The notes under the pieces are model-generated. The model had not been told where the DNA came from, made no database searches, and worked only from the letters and a program-made list of their open reading frames with translations. Of a DNA stretch of 64,000 nt, positions 46,896 to 60,378 are shown one piece after another. This stretch comes from Tubiluchus corallicola (Eukaryota > Animalia > Priapulida): assembly GCA_030141605.1 (NCBI GenBank), contig JAQGDQ010000428.1, positions 62,001 to 126,000 of the forward strand. The letters run 5' to 3'. The stretch's first letter is position 1; each line of letters starts with the position of its first letter. The position numbers and the translations under genes are program-made.

Positions 46896-46953
46896 CCGGA
46901 AGTCGTAGGGGAGGTCTGTACTGTACAGCGTGCTTACAGCCATCCATATTTGG
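46896..46953 (+). promoter_or_regulatory. ETS site plus CArG box (serum-response-element-like) at the sprouty promoter
   Basis: CCGGAAGT at 46896-46903 and CCATATTTGG (CC-W6-GG) at 46944-46953, just upstream of a non-coding exon ending at CAG|GTGCGT (47103). Confidence 0.6.
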
Positions 46954-47103
46954 CTAACCATTCATTACGGTTGTGGAGTGCGACGCGAGTTACTGTTGTG
47001 CGTGGTTTTTCAGTGGCTAAATCTGTGTTTTGAATACTGTTGGATACTGTTTAGTTTTGTAATTATGTAGTGGATACTTGGATTTATTTTCTCATCTTCT
47101 CAG

Positions 47104-48942
47104 GTGCGTGTAAATTATCAATCACTAGAAAGTCGAAGTGCAAAGTTTACGCATTGCGATGTGGCTGTTCATTCATAAAAACGACTGTTCAAGCGCCATG
47201 TTAAATTGTAAACTTATCAGTATTAAGTTTTGCTTATTATGGATTCTGCTATAGAAATAGTGAGAGTATAGGTGTACGTAATTTGACTTTCTATTAATAA
47301 TAATTTAATTACACTGATAAAATTTTTTAGTGTTGTTTGAGTATCGGTTTTGTGATTCTATGTAACTACAAAACACTAAAGTAGATCCAGTATGTAAAAC
47401 CCACGGAAACCTTATTGATAAAGTCTGACAGTTGTTTGTGTAACTAGTTTACCCGAATTTATAAATTTAGGAAAACATTTGTATTACTTTGAGTGTACTA
47501 CGTAATTGTAATTTTTGTAGATTGGTTAAATTTAGGAAAACCTTGTAATTTTTCAAGATGGGAGTTTACTTGCTTTAAAAGCATGTTTTATTTTTGTTAC
47601 TCACTACAATAAATATTTTTATTTTACCATTATGACATTAACAAATAATACGTGGTAATGAATTTGGGATCAGGTCAGAATATAGAGAATAGAAGTCATG
47701 GTCACGGTATGTGGTTGGATGAGCGAAGTTGATCAACAGTGGCCTTGCCTGGTGAATGGATGACTGACTGTAATAAAACAGCTTCTGGACATTTTCTTCT
47801 GCATATTGTCCTGGTTTTTGGCTGCATCAAGAGAGCATGTATAAGTTTTCAAAACTGGCGAAGATACCTTGAGTGCAATTGAGTTGATTATTCTTGATAA
47901 TGTAAATATAAGTAGGCCCTGTCATTGAGTGCAGTGTGCTCTACTGTATTAAGAAGATCACTGCTGGATAGTCTGTCTTGAATGCTTTTTGTGTAGAGGT
48001 TGCTACGTTTTTAAGGTCGTTTGCAAGCTAAATTAAAAACTGACTATCCGTTCAGTGTCTGCATTGTATAATATCTGAATATCATCTCACTTTACAAAAC
48101 AATACTTTTCAAAACCCATTCATAAATACAGTACGTGAATAACGAAGTACAATACCTTTCATTCATGATTCTAAAGTTCTTTTTTGTAGCTGCGTAACCC
48201 AGTTTTTTACTGTACAGAACTCATGCCACAGCTTGAAGTTTGACCTGCTTACAAAAAACCGTGTTGACTGTATTTCACTGCTGCTAGTGAAACTAAAGTA
48301 ACCACCTACTTTAAATGTACAAATCATAGTTTTCAGCTGCAAAAATAGATATATAAAGCTACGTCATTAAAATTGCGTCTTTCCCTGTAGTTTCTTGTTA
48401 AGTGAGTTCTATTTCCGCATAACATTCTAGATTGGCACCGTGGCAGCAATTCTGTGTATGACAATGCGATTAAGAAATTTCAGATAAGATATCTTTGCAT
48501 TAGAGCGCAAGTGAATGAAACTGGGTTTACAGAGCGTTGAAACAACTACCGCAGACATTTTCGTTGTAAAAAAGTGAAATTAAACCTTCCTATTTGCATT
48601 TTATTAGTTTTAGTCAATCAAAAGCTAAACCGTTTATGTTTGTGCTTAAAAGTTCGGAAACTGTTATAATTGTGTTCGTAATTTAATTGATTTGTATAAT
48701 AATACATGGTAATGTTCATTGTTCAAGGACTAGAGTTTTTCGATCTATCTAGTAATAGGATGTAATAATATATTTTAATGATGAGCCATCATTTACGAGT
48801 CACACATTACACACAACCTGTTTCATGGTCAGCCTTTGCGTGTATTATAACATCACTCGGCCTTGACTTTTCGTAACATCGCCCACGCCAGCAGCATTTT
48901 CATTGAATAATATAGCAATTCATATTGTTTGTTTGTTTATAG
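47104..48942 (+). other. Probable sprouty 5'UTR intron
   Basis: Donor CAG|GTGCGT; acceptor tgtttgtttgtttatag ending 48942, 23 nt before the ATG; same layout as vertebrate SPRY genes. Confidence 0.6.
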
Positions 48943-48965
48943 GGTTGTTTTCCGTCACGGTCTCC

Positions 48966-49841
48966 ATGGCCTCAACTACTGACAGGCCAAGACCCACATG
49001 TACTACATTCACTGCTAGGCGTGAGCCATCAACGCCGGTGCATCAACCACCTGCACCTCGAGTGGTTACTACCTCCTCCCTGGAAACATCCGATCATATA
49101 ATGGTAAGAGGATTGACTGACCGAGGAGGCCAGCGTGCAAGAGATAACCACTATGTAATATCACCTAGTCCACGTAATGCTAGTAATCAGCGCTCTCTGA
49201 GAGATGTAAATTATTATAGTGACAAAAAGACATTGCAGAGGAATCGTGCAAAGTCAAAAGAACCGGTTAAAGGTCGGGGAACGACGACGTATGTACGGCC
49301 GGATGGCTGGCACTCTAATGTTGTGCGGACACAACCCGAAAATAACGTCAGGCGTCACGAAAACGGCTCTGGTGATGTGATAATATGTGCAGACTGCGGT
49401 AGATGTAGATGCACAAAATGTAAAACGCCAAAGCAGCTTCCTTCAAGATGGTTATGTGGTGACGCATGTTTACTCTCAGGCGAAACACTAGTGGATTATT
49501 GTTCATGTATGTGTTGTGTTAAAGGTGGGTTGTACTTGTGCTACGGTGAGTCTGAGTCGGACAGTGGTGACGACATTATTGACAACCCCTGTACTTGCGA
49601 CACTGACCACAGGTGCGTCAGATGGACATGTTTGTCTATTTTGAGTACATTACTGCCCTGCTTACTTTGTTATTTGCCATTAAAAGGTTGCTTACGTTTA
49701 AGTGAAAGGTGCTACGCAAGATGTCGAAGTAACGCATGCAGGTGTCCAAGGTTACAACCACATCCTGAGCAGTCTCCACGGGTACAGCTTCCTGAACGTC
49801 GGTCAACTCCGAATAAGCATTTATTGCATTCGGACTGCTGA
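48966..49841 (+). CDS. SPRY: Sprouty RTK/MAPK feedback inhibitor, single coding exon, 291 aa
   Basis: N-terminal NHYVISP (NxYxxxP Cbl-binding tyrosine motif); Cys-rich SPR domain ICADCGRCRC...LPSRWLC...CSCMCCVKG...DNPCTC...LPCLLCYLPLKGC; start set at CCATGG 48966 rather than the intronic TTG of the ORF track. Confidence 0.96.
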   Translation: MASTTDRPRPTCTTFTARREPSTPVHQPPAPRVVTTSSLETSDHIMVRGLTDRGGQRARDNHYVISPSPRNASNQRSLRDVNYYSDKKTLQRNRAKSKEPVKGRGTTTYVRPDGWHSNVVRTQPENNVRRHENGSGDVIICADCGRCRCTKCKTPKQLPSRWLCGDACLLSGETLVDYCSCMCCVKGGLYLCYGESESDSGDDIIDNPCTCDTDHRCVRWTCLSILSTLLPCLLCYLPLKGCLRLSERCYARCRSNACRCPRLQPHPEQSPRVQLPERRSTPNKHLLHSDC

Positions 49842-52800
49842 CAGTGAATTATATAAATGTGCAAGTATTTCGCCGGGCAGCAAGTGTTCTATTGTTTTTT
49901 ATATTATGATATTGTGCTGACATTAAGATTTTGTTATCTAAGTATTATAATCCAAGTCAGGTTTTCTCTGGGATCTAATTTTCATTCTAATGCATGGTTC
50001 TGTCTATAAAATGATCTGTCAAATGAAATTTTGCAGTGATTGCACAAGTTTAATAATTTAAATTTATTACAGGTAGCACGTGCACGGTTGTAACACGCCA
50101 ACATTTTTCAAGAATGAAATTGTAATTCATTCATAATTTATTCGGCAATAATAATGATGAACAGCCATAGCGACCTACATTTTTATCGAGGGTTATCCCT
50201 GACATTAATTTCATTAGCCACTTCGTGTTTACCGCGCTGTGTATACGTTCTTCATTCGTTCTAGCAGTTATTTTCAAGTCTACTTATTTTGGTAGAGAGG
50301 TTATGTGTTTGTTTATAGTAATAAATTCTCAAACGTACTTATTAATGTAAATAAGTGGAAATCTATCGACCGTTTTTAGTTTTGTATTAGTAAATAGAAG
50401 CGGAGGTTTTAGATTTTCATACTTGTTGTGTATTTTGTACATAATAGAGCAAGTTTAAAGTCTTGCATTTGTTTGTGCAGAGGATATTTATTCTTTCATT
50501 CTTGAGTTTATTATTGAACGTATAAATATGGTACAGTATATTTATTTGCTAAATTGAGAAAGTAATTAATCTGATAAGATTTTGTTTTCATTTGACATTT
50601 TTGTTAATAAAATCACATACGAAGATGTGGCTAAAAACTAAATTTATCTCTGTAACTTTTACTTCTTTTATTATGTTTTATGCGTAGTGACCAAGATGCA
50701 TTAGATAGTATTTTGATAAGTTCCTACCGTTAATTATTAGTACATACTATACTATATAATCTACACCCTACAAATCTGTAATTTAATTCCAAGTAATTTG
50801 CGAATGATCTTGACTAAGTTTTTATATTTTTCCCTTGAAAGTCTCAAACCACCTTAGTTCTTACTTAGCCTCGAGTGAAAAGATGGGGGCAGATTGTTGC
50901 TCTGAATTTTGGGTTATTTGACACACTAAACACTCGTTACGTTGTAGCGAGCGTGAGGGAAACGCACAGGTTTTTTTAGTACGTCAGATACAGTATCCAT
51001 CACACATGGAAACGTGCAGTATATCAGGAACATGCCCCTGAGTTACGCGTGCAGCTGCCGCAGACGAATCTAAACACAGGATGCTCAGAATAGCAGCCAA
51101 ACAGCGGTAAAGCTGCTTTACATTTTGTCTGCATGTAAGCTCACAGCAGTTAATTAGGATCGAAAGCAGAAGCCGTGCTGTTTCCTGCGGGAGAGGAGAG
51201 ATGCTTCCCGATTTCAGATTTTTTTTGGTACTGCGACTAAACTTCTTGACGGAGTGCTGTTCAGCCCGTCCTGTCCAAGTTTATGAAGCAGTTTTGTAAG
51301 AATTCGGTTTCAAAATACTAGATAACCGTAACTACATTTTTTGGAACTGTTTGGTTTTTGACTCGCCTTCTAAATATATCTACAAGCTCATACGCTTTTC
51401 TAATGTTGGTGCGATTTAACTAAACTTTAATACTGCCTGCTCTTTGCCCTTCAAGTTTTATATCACTTTGGCAGCGTACTGTACTTTCATGTTGTGAATG
51501 GACTGCAAACTTTGACAAGCCCTTATTTCTTTTAACCTATGAAGTGATGAATGAGCACACGGTGTACACTAGCATGCTGTCTGCTGTACGTCGTTTTAGT
51601 TGAAGTTTCTGGAGCAAATATTGTTTGTCCTCAGTGTGACCCCTGCTGCATAATTATTGTACAGCATAAGGGCGTGCGGTACAAAACTACTGCTTGAAAT
51701 TCCTAAACTAGTTTCTTTAGATAAAGTAGATTAGTTTAACTTTTTATGATAATCTTTAGCGGTGGTGTCCGTGTAGTTACTGCATGGGGTGTTTTGTTTT
51801 TACAACGCAAGTAAGGTCTATAATCCACTTCAGTACCTTTAGTTGTTTATTTTGAAAGAAAAATAATATACAAATGTTAAATCGCTATTTTTGCACTAGC
51901 GCAATACACCATGTGGACGTGAATTATTTGTAAACTTTTAACTACAATAGCAGTTTTTGAGCAGTAATAATAGAATCATTGTACCTATTCTTTTTATTAT
52001 TAATTTTGTTTAAAATTTTTTTGAGCATATTGTATAAGTATTATTTAAAGAAGAGTTTACAGCCTGATAATTGCATGACAATGATGATGATGTAGCAGTA
52101 GTAGTTTGAGTCAATCTGAGTAATTTTATTAGTCAAAACCAAAATCATACTTTGAGTCATTGGCGTTTACGCTTGCCACTTACTGCTATAGTGAATTGTT
52201 ATAGTATAATGCAGTATAAGTGCGGTACTGTCATAAGAGCTAGCCTTGGTTTAGTGTAAGCGTAAAAACGAACAAGTGATAAGTGGGCTTACAGTATACT
52301 ACTAATATAATGCAAGGTGCAAACAAATCGTAGGTTTTTATCAACGCCGAGCCAGATACATTGGGGGTAAAGATCAGTGTTGTGTTTGTTTTTAGCCAAC
52401 CTAGTGCTTGTTGCGAGCAGGATGCGCTTGTTTGTTATTACTGTTTGCCTAAGCGTTAGGCCCGCGAAGAACAGGGTTCTTGTCAGGAGTTGTGGTCGTC
52501 TCCTGAAAATAAATTCAAATGTCAGATGACATGTGCGGGGCAGATCTATGAGCATGCGAAGAGGAAGGGAAATGTATTCACATTAACTACTCTCTCTCGC
52601 GCATTTTGTTTAAATGCAAAAAATTAAGTTGCTGTGCCTCATAAAAAACAATTTTTATTGACCCTTCAGTCGTAAGAGGAAAAATGTCAACCGTAATGCG
52701 TATATCTAGACTTTGAAACGGAGAAGGCGGTCGATTGAGTATAAATTAACTAGTCCAATTATAAACTCAGTCACTACCTTTTCATGTAGCATTCTAGGCA

Positions 52801-55032
52801 AGTCACCCAAAACGGTCTAACAGCGAAACTAAAAGTGGACGATGTGCCTTCCAGCTGTTACTAAGTATCTTTATTGATCATAGTGATTTTTAGTTATTTG
52901 CTTTGAGAATTATGATAATCTTGCGGTTCTCCAATCTCACATAGAACCTCCACGCGCTGGATCAGCACGGGACGTCAACACGGGCGTATTTTCACAGTTC
53001 TGTCTTCCTACCGCGCGCACATCCACATGTAAACAGTTGGACGGCTAGCGGACGGATAAGTGTAATCGTATAGCTTCGTCGACAACCTTCCAATAACAGA
53101 AAACTTCCCGTCTTTGTGAGGGCAGGCGAACCACAACAAGAGGACGTGTGTGAGACCCAACAGACGTGCGGTGGCGGTCGGTGGAGGCTTACCGTCTCTA
53201 AATAGATTACATATTGTTTAGGAATGATTTCAGACAATTGGTGGAAAAAAGGAAACTTCATTAGTACCAGACAGTCTAATGCTGCGTTCATCCACCTTTC
53301 GTTGATAAGTTAATGAAGTTTGCTTTTGTGTTTTCTAGGGGGAATGGAGCTATTAAGCATTTTTCGTGAAGTAACCGTCCTGTTAATTCGTCAGATATAA
53401 TGATAGTCGATTAGTTCAATCGAGCACGGATAACTATTATTAACGACTAATTGCCATTATTAGATACGGACGATCGCGAACAGTCTCTGTCTCCTAGAAA
53501 TCTATAAACGCGGTGTTTATCTACCGCAACACCAAAAAATCTACGATGTTTCAATACACATGTACCATCTAATTTCGCCTGATAAGTCAACTAGGGTTAT
53601 TTAAACTTTTAAAAAATTTGAATGTAGATTCCGCTTCCTCTATTTATAGAAGCAGTACTAAATAGGCTCTTCCGGTTTCTTCTTTTCCGTTCTATTGCGT
53701 CAGACAGGGAACGATTTAAAAGTCGTGAATGCGGAGGTGGGTCGCTAGTCGCATGTTTTCACAGAAGAGAACGCTTGTTTTCCGCCGGGAGGAGTTTTAC
53801 ACCTCGCCTCCTACAGTGCTGAGGCTACTTTACCCCACTGTTCCTACAGCTTGCGCTAACCGAGTCAGCATGCAATTTCCTGTAGAATGCTGTAATCTAA
53901 TTCTTGGCGACCAAGCCCTACCAGAATGCAGCATCTCAAACCGCCGAATGTGGGTAATCGCGGGCAATTTGTAATGAAATCGTTGTCACATGACAGGAAC
54001 TGGGCTCGTTTACTGCTAGTAATTATTATGCAATTATTCGTATCGTGTAAAAGAACGTTGAACGGGGGGCAGGTTTGGCTTGACACTGGCCATTATGCAA
54101 GAGGAAATATTACTTGCTTCTGCAGATACCGTCTTTTTAGCTAGAGCGCAGCTGTGCGATCAATTGAAACGCAAATGACGGACCGGCGGAAGTAATAAAT
54201 AAACGTAGAAAATGCCGCAAACTACATATCTCAAAACCGAGATTCTTTACAAATTGATGAGAAAATATCCTTGTTGGTCAAATAGTGTGCAACAGGCCGT
54301 CATATATGAAGAGTCCTTTTAATTAGTTTGATTCGAAACAGAAGCAGGCCTGTTGCGGAGCAATAGGATTGCGTGTCAGCAACATTAAATCGCCACAGGA
54401 ATGTTGCTACAATACTCGCGTTGTTTCATAAGATCACGCTTGTTTTGTAAAACCAAGGACGCAAGTGTTTTCATAAGCTACTTTACGGGACACACGATTA
54501 AGAAAGAACAATACGAACACGTGCAGTGCATACTTCACTTTTTATCAAATTATGAAAACTTATCATTTTGCAAAAAGGCCTATTGCATGCGCCAGGAAAC
54601 TTATCCCAACTTATGATTTTGTGCTCGGGCAGCTGTAGAGCCTCACTGCCTGGGCTTGTCATAAAATTGTGGCGTGACTATAACGCAGTTATAAAAATCA
54701 ACGACGTATTAGTTTCTCGGCTTTCTCTTGTGTTTTTACGTTGATGTTAACCTGCTGGCAGCAGTTCGAAACAGCTGCATCCGCATAGCAGACAAACATG
54801 CAACACTCCGACTGTCTGTTCTACAGCTGCTGACGTCAGACGTGTGGGCAGGCAGAGAGTTACAAAACTTCAACAAATCCTGTTAGTGGGATTTTCTTGG
54901 TGAAAAGTCATTCAGAAAACTTCTTCATTTTTCACGAACTTGTGACGCATTTACGGCATCTGGCGTCACTATATTCATAAAAATCCTAATAGTTACAACA
55001 TTTTGCAACTCTGGGACTTTTTATTTCAACAT

Positions 55033-55105
55033 AGTAATACAAATACGAATTACTGATACAAATACAAGTAGAAACACCAACAAATACTAATACAAATAAC
55101 ACTAA
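55033..55105. repeat. Degenerate short tandem repeat (ACTAATACAAAT-like)
   Basis: About 6 imperfect units of 12-15 nt. Confidence 0.7.
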
Positions 55106-55954
55106 TACAAATTACTAATACAAATTTTTATTTGCGGTAAAAGCACACTCAAACGCGGTGAGCATTGCATTCGTTAGAAGAAAGCGTGGCGGCGGAAATA
55201 AGGCGACTATGAAGTTTAAGCAGCAAAAGTAATGAAAAGTAGTTCTTTGTAGTGTGTAATAATCGTGAAAGAATTATAAACATTACAGAGATTTTGAGAC
55301 TTCAATGTGTACTGTAGTCTTTTTCCGACGTGAGTTCCCGGTTTTGTAGGTCAATAAAAGCAGACGGTTTTTGTCCTTACTGTGTGAATAATAGAAGTAG
55401 AAATATCACGAAGTAAACCTTTTGATTCAGTCTAATTCGTGTATTTTGACAATGCATTGCAATTTAAGTACTTTCACGTTTTCCACTGAATATATGAGTT
55501 GTACGTCGCGACAAGTACGGAGGAATATAAAAATGGTCAAAACAGCCTTATGTAATTTTTGAACGGCCCCTTCCCTAAGCACACTAACGGCTGACGTTGA
55601 TGCGCGAAATAAATTGTTTTGGGAAACTGCTGAGCAGCAGACGGCAGATCTAGCGATTATTTTATATGGGTCAATTTCGGTGTTTCCCTTTGGCTGTAGG
55701 TTAAATTAATTACTGGTTATAAGAGTGCGAGTGAATGTGTATAAATTTGTGTATTATACAGTAAGCCAAAAGCGAACAATCTGCGCTTTTGATAATGCTG
55801 AAAGCTATTATGGAATCCAATTGTTCAAAAATTGTGACGGTTTTATTACGCATGCGCAGCAATGCCACCATGCACATTTGTGCCCGTGGAAACCGAGTAT
55901 TAGCTCGCTGCCCCCAACCCAGACCCAAATTTAATATCTCAGCATCACTAGGAG

Positions 55955-56323
55955 CAGGGCCGGATTATGACCTTTTGGGACCCTACTCTAATGAAATTAT
56001 GAGCCCTCTAAGACGGAGTCACCCTCTAGGCACTAACTCGCCCTTGAATGTTTTTACTCGTGATATATTTTAGCGATACTTACATATCTTGAACTAAACT
56101 TATGGCAAATTTGCAAATTCTATAAATAAATAGAAGATCTTCTGTTTGTCAAAATAGATATTCTTCATGTACTACCATTACTTTACTATATATTGCAAAC
56201 CAAATTAGCACATATTTCAACACAACCGTAGTGAAAAAAATCGAATTTTTTTACCAAATGTTACCAAAACTTGAGGGGTCCTAGGCTGCGGCCTGTACTA
56301 ATCTATGGGTTAATGCAGCCCTG
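55955..56323. mobile_element. hAT-like MITE (CAGGGCCGGATTA family), copy 1
   Basis: TIRs CAGGGCCGGATTA / TAATGCAGCCCTG; flanks ACTAGGAG / ACTAGGGA (6 of 8). Confidence 0.8.
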
Positions 56324-58668
56324 ACTAGGGAACTGTCAACGTAATGTGCCTTCTGAAAGATGCACGCGATGTCACTTTTCGCTGATGTTGGCTAGTTTTG
56401 ACATTAGTAGTCCCTAGATATACAAGCTTTAATTATTTATTTTGTCGCTTTTCCTTTTGTTTCTCGTCTCCTGTCTGGTAGAAATAATTACTTGATAGAT
56501 GTATTACAATTTACGTAGCCTGTAGTCTACGTCAGTTAATAAAGAGGATGGTGCCTGGGATGTAGCCAGGTAAGTCTACTTTTCCGTGCATGCAATTATA
56601 CGACAGTTAATACAAAATACCTGTTCGTAAATTGCCACAATTTCGTCCCTTTTATATACCTCTATCATCTAGGTAATCACTGTCTTTGTTAAGTTCAAAC
56701 AAACTTTACAGACGTGCATGTAATTTTCAAGTGATGTTTTATCAGTCATTGTTGATTTGTTGTGTGTGCGAGTCATCGAGATTTAGTTTGTCTTTTATTC
56801 AGTAATAATCCTCCGTGGGAGTGTAGGTAAAAATGGCACATAAGAAGCAGACCGTTGCCAAATCTGAAGAGCCCTGGGCATGATAGCCTCATTTTTTGAT
56901 AGAAAAAAACATAAAACAAAGGTGAACAGACAAATATACAAAAATATACTTATTATAAATGATTAATTTTTATATAGATTAGCGAAAAAAACACAAAACA
57001 CTTTGTTCATAAAATAGAACTATAATCTACAGTGCACGAGAATCCTACTTAGTGTTTGTCTACAATTCTTTGTTCTTTTCACATTGATAATATAGGCTGG
57101 CAAATGTGTATTCACATTAGATGCACTTACATTCTTAAGTTTAGCTTATAAGCAAAGCTATACATAAGCAAAAGATATAAACAGTGTTGCATAGTTTGCA
57201 AACTAGAATTACTCTAAACGGAACATGGAACTAATTCGTAGTTATTCGTTCTCGCGGAGGTATTTACTATCTTACCCTATACTGTAGCAAAATTTTCAGC
57301 CTTAAACGTGCTTGGCAGAGGTGAAAATAATTATTTCTAAGGATAACCTTAACTCATATTTTATTGTGCTATTTTTTCTTACTTTTCCGTTTGAGCAATT
57401 GTTACTTGTGCCGTTTTTACCGTGCACCTATTCATAGTATACGAATATCGTCCCTTCCCACCAGGAAAGTTGATTGCCTACAAGTTAGGGACAACTCATT
57501 CGAAAGAAAGAGTTAAGTTAATAAGCTGCGAACGCCAATTTAAGAATTTACAGACGTTAAAGCCAGCAGTAAAACAATTACTTTGAACAAAGTCATGAAG
57601 AAAGATTTTCTCTGCTCCTCTAAGCTTCGTTTCCTTCACAGCGGTAATTTTATAATACTACATTAACAGAATGGGCTCATCCCTCTATGGGTCGCGTACA
57701 CACTCCCTGTTGCTTCTAGAAGATTAATAGCTCGGAGAATAACACAGCCTCAATATTGCTCAAAAGTCAAAACACATAGTAAAGTATAAATTAGTATAGC
57801 TTCAGAAAAAATTACTGATAATTGGTAGCTGCTTGGAAAACACGTTTTCCAAGTTAACCACCAGGAAAAAATAGTCAGGCAGCGTGCTCATATGTCTAAG
57901 TCACTTGGCAATAATAATCGAATCGCGTATTTAATGCATTAGTGATGTAATGATGACTCTTACAAAGAAAATACGTCGGGACAGTGTAATTTCGCTGTTT
58001 GTTTTTCATTATCATTTATTTGATATGCTAGTGGCGCCGTCTTTTGACAGGTATCGTACTTATGCCACTGCGCTTATGCACAGAATTTTATTCCTTCACA
58101 GAGCTGTGATAATATAAAGTTTGCTGCAATGGTATTGCGATGATAACAAATCTTTTATTCACACTTCTACTTGCAGGTTAAAGACAACAGCAATAAACTA
58201 TGAAGTACGTGAAAACTAAAAACTAGCTTAATTGTGTACACAAAAGAGCCAGCCTCTAGGATAAGATAGAGCCCGCGTCCAATACAATATAGCTTAATTG
58301 ATTGAAAAATCCTACAATAAGACTCTTTTTAAGAACACCCCGTGTTATAAACTGTTTATGAATTTTTTTGCTCCGGTACTGAATTGCGCTTTGCTAATGT
58401 GTACCTGAACGATTTTCTGCACTTTTCTATATTTTCGTAACGCTGACTAAAAAAACTAGATTGCGCTGAAAGGCATATAGACGTAGCTAAAGTGCAACAT
58501 GAAGGCCATGTAACTAAATGCCAAGTGCACTTCAAAACTGCGAAAATGAACTGTTGGAAGTTATAATAATTGTTATGAAGCACCATATTAGTTTATAACT
58601 AATTAGTTAGATAACCTTGACTACGAGGATGGCCTAAAACTTGGCCTGTCCAGACGATAATGGTTCAA

Positions 58669-58816
58669 GGTGACCGGTAATAAACTCTCAGGAAAAGAAT
58701 TCACGGAAAAAATCACAACTTGGTAATGTTAACTATAGGATTAGGGAGGGTTGTTTCTTTTTTCCTGTGGCTTTTTTTCTTTAATTTTTTACATGTGACT
58801 TTTTTACCTGGATTCC
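58669..58816. mobile_element. Small GG-terminal foldback MITE (Mutator- or Merlin-like)
   Basis: Perfect 8-bp direct repeat TGGTTCAA at 58661-58668 and 58817-58824; GGAAAA-type repeats on the left mirrored by TTTTCC/TTTTAC on the right; central TAGGATTAGGG. Confidence 0.7.
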
Positions 58817-60378
58817 TGGTTCAACTATGGCCTACAATATTAAATCAATCATTAAAGAATTAGATCTTCAAGCAATAAAAACGCTACACGCTGAATAGTT
58901 CCTTGTACAAGAACTTTTCAGTATGTGATCTAGAAAGAATAAGTATTGGCAAAAAATCAGACAGTGGTTGAATATAATTTAAAAAAAAATAAATGTACGT
59001 GCCTAAAATACACAGTTATAGTTTTTTGTGATCATAAACTTTATTTTCAAACTGGTACACACTGATATATGCATCAGCGCACATACCATTAATAACAACA
59101 AAATAGTTTGGATTAAACAATACTTGAATAAGCGTGACAAAACTTTTACAACGTAGGACTACAACATAAACAAAAATGTCTAAATGATTATCATGGCTGT
59201 GGGAACAGCATTTTCTACTTCATAAAATTCACAGCTAGTAGGTGTCTGTCTATTTACATTAATAACTGCCAAAGGTAAAAGAAGCCAGGGATAACTTATA
59301 TTAAAAAAAATCATCTATGCGTATAAAAATTGTGTATGTCAGATAATAAAAATAGTATCTACATGCTCTAGTGCACATGCTTTGGATGTTTTAATGAATT
59401 TCAGTTGTTATCGAGTGCGCATGTGTGTGTGTTGTGCATATGTGCTCCACAATTCACTTTTGTGACTGCAATAAACGACAAACATAGACTAAAAAACAGA
59501 AAGCACAACACCTCTTTACCATCACAGTTTTCAAATACCATTTTTTAAAAGCTGAAACTGCACAGGTGAAATTTGTGCACGACACACATTTGAATGAAAA
59601 TAACACGAAAATTACAAAAGTGTGAACATTAGAAAGTGACTTTTAAGAAAAAAAACACAGTTATCAGAGTAATTTGTAACTCTAAAAATAGTAATTACCA
59701 TAACTACAATTAACGACAACATAAATTTATGTTTTCAAAAGTATGTAACATTTTCTGAACTAAAATTACTTTATGGTGACGTTTGTCCGGTAACACATCT
59801 AAAATGGCTTTGACGTCATAAACAGTGCAAAATAATTGACAGAATCATAATATATGAAGAAAGCAAGATGTAAAAGAATGGTGTATGCTGAGTGCATTAT
59901 AGAGATAGTATACAATATGCAAGAAATGAAATAATGATTTCGTGAAGTCCAGATATCTCAGGTGAGTCAGATCTATATTTCAGAACTAATGACTTGAATA
60001 TATCAAAAAACCTTCTCAGATATTATAAACAAAAAGTATAAAAGGTGTTAAATAAAAACAGTAGTACTTTCCATGAAATCGGGCACGCTGAAATGAATTG
60101 GAAGATTAATTTAAAATCAAATAATTATAAATCTTTCTGGCAGCAATGGCATTAAAATCAGTTATTTAGCAGTACAGAGCATTATAATGCCGAACACATT
60201 TCCTAAATCTATCCAAATCTGACTTCTTAGTTCTTACAGTCAAAAACAGAGACGTACATTCGTGCAAAAATTCTTCACAAATCTGATTTTAACCATGTGC
60301 CATAAAGAAATAGACAAAAACGTGTTAAGTAAAAATGTTGCACATTCGCAACTCTTTCATTTTTCTAAACTGTATTTG

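Noticed and set aside
48903-48965. Signal-peptide-like N-terminal extension of sprouty in the ORF track
   Set aside because: Starts at TTG and runs through the intron's polypyrimidine tract and acceptor; ATG 48966 is the likely start
49839-49847. Stop-codon readthrough or selenocysteine at the sprouty TGA
   Set aside because: A second in-frame TGA follows after one codon; no readthrough context or SECIS seen
52289-54616. Several 70-100 aa ORFs downstream of sprouty
   Set aside because: No family resemblance, overlapping on both strands, expected in GC-richer non-coding DNA
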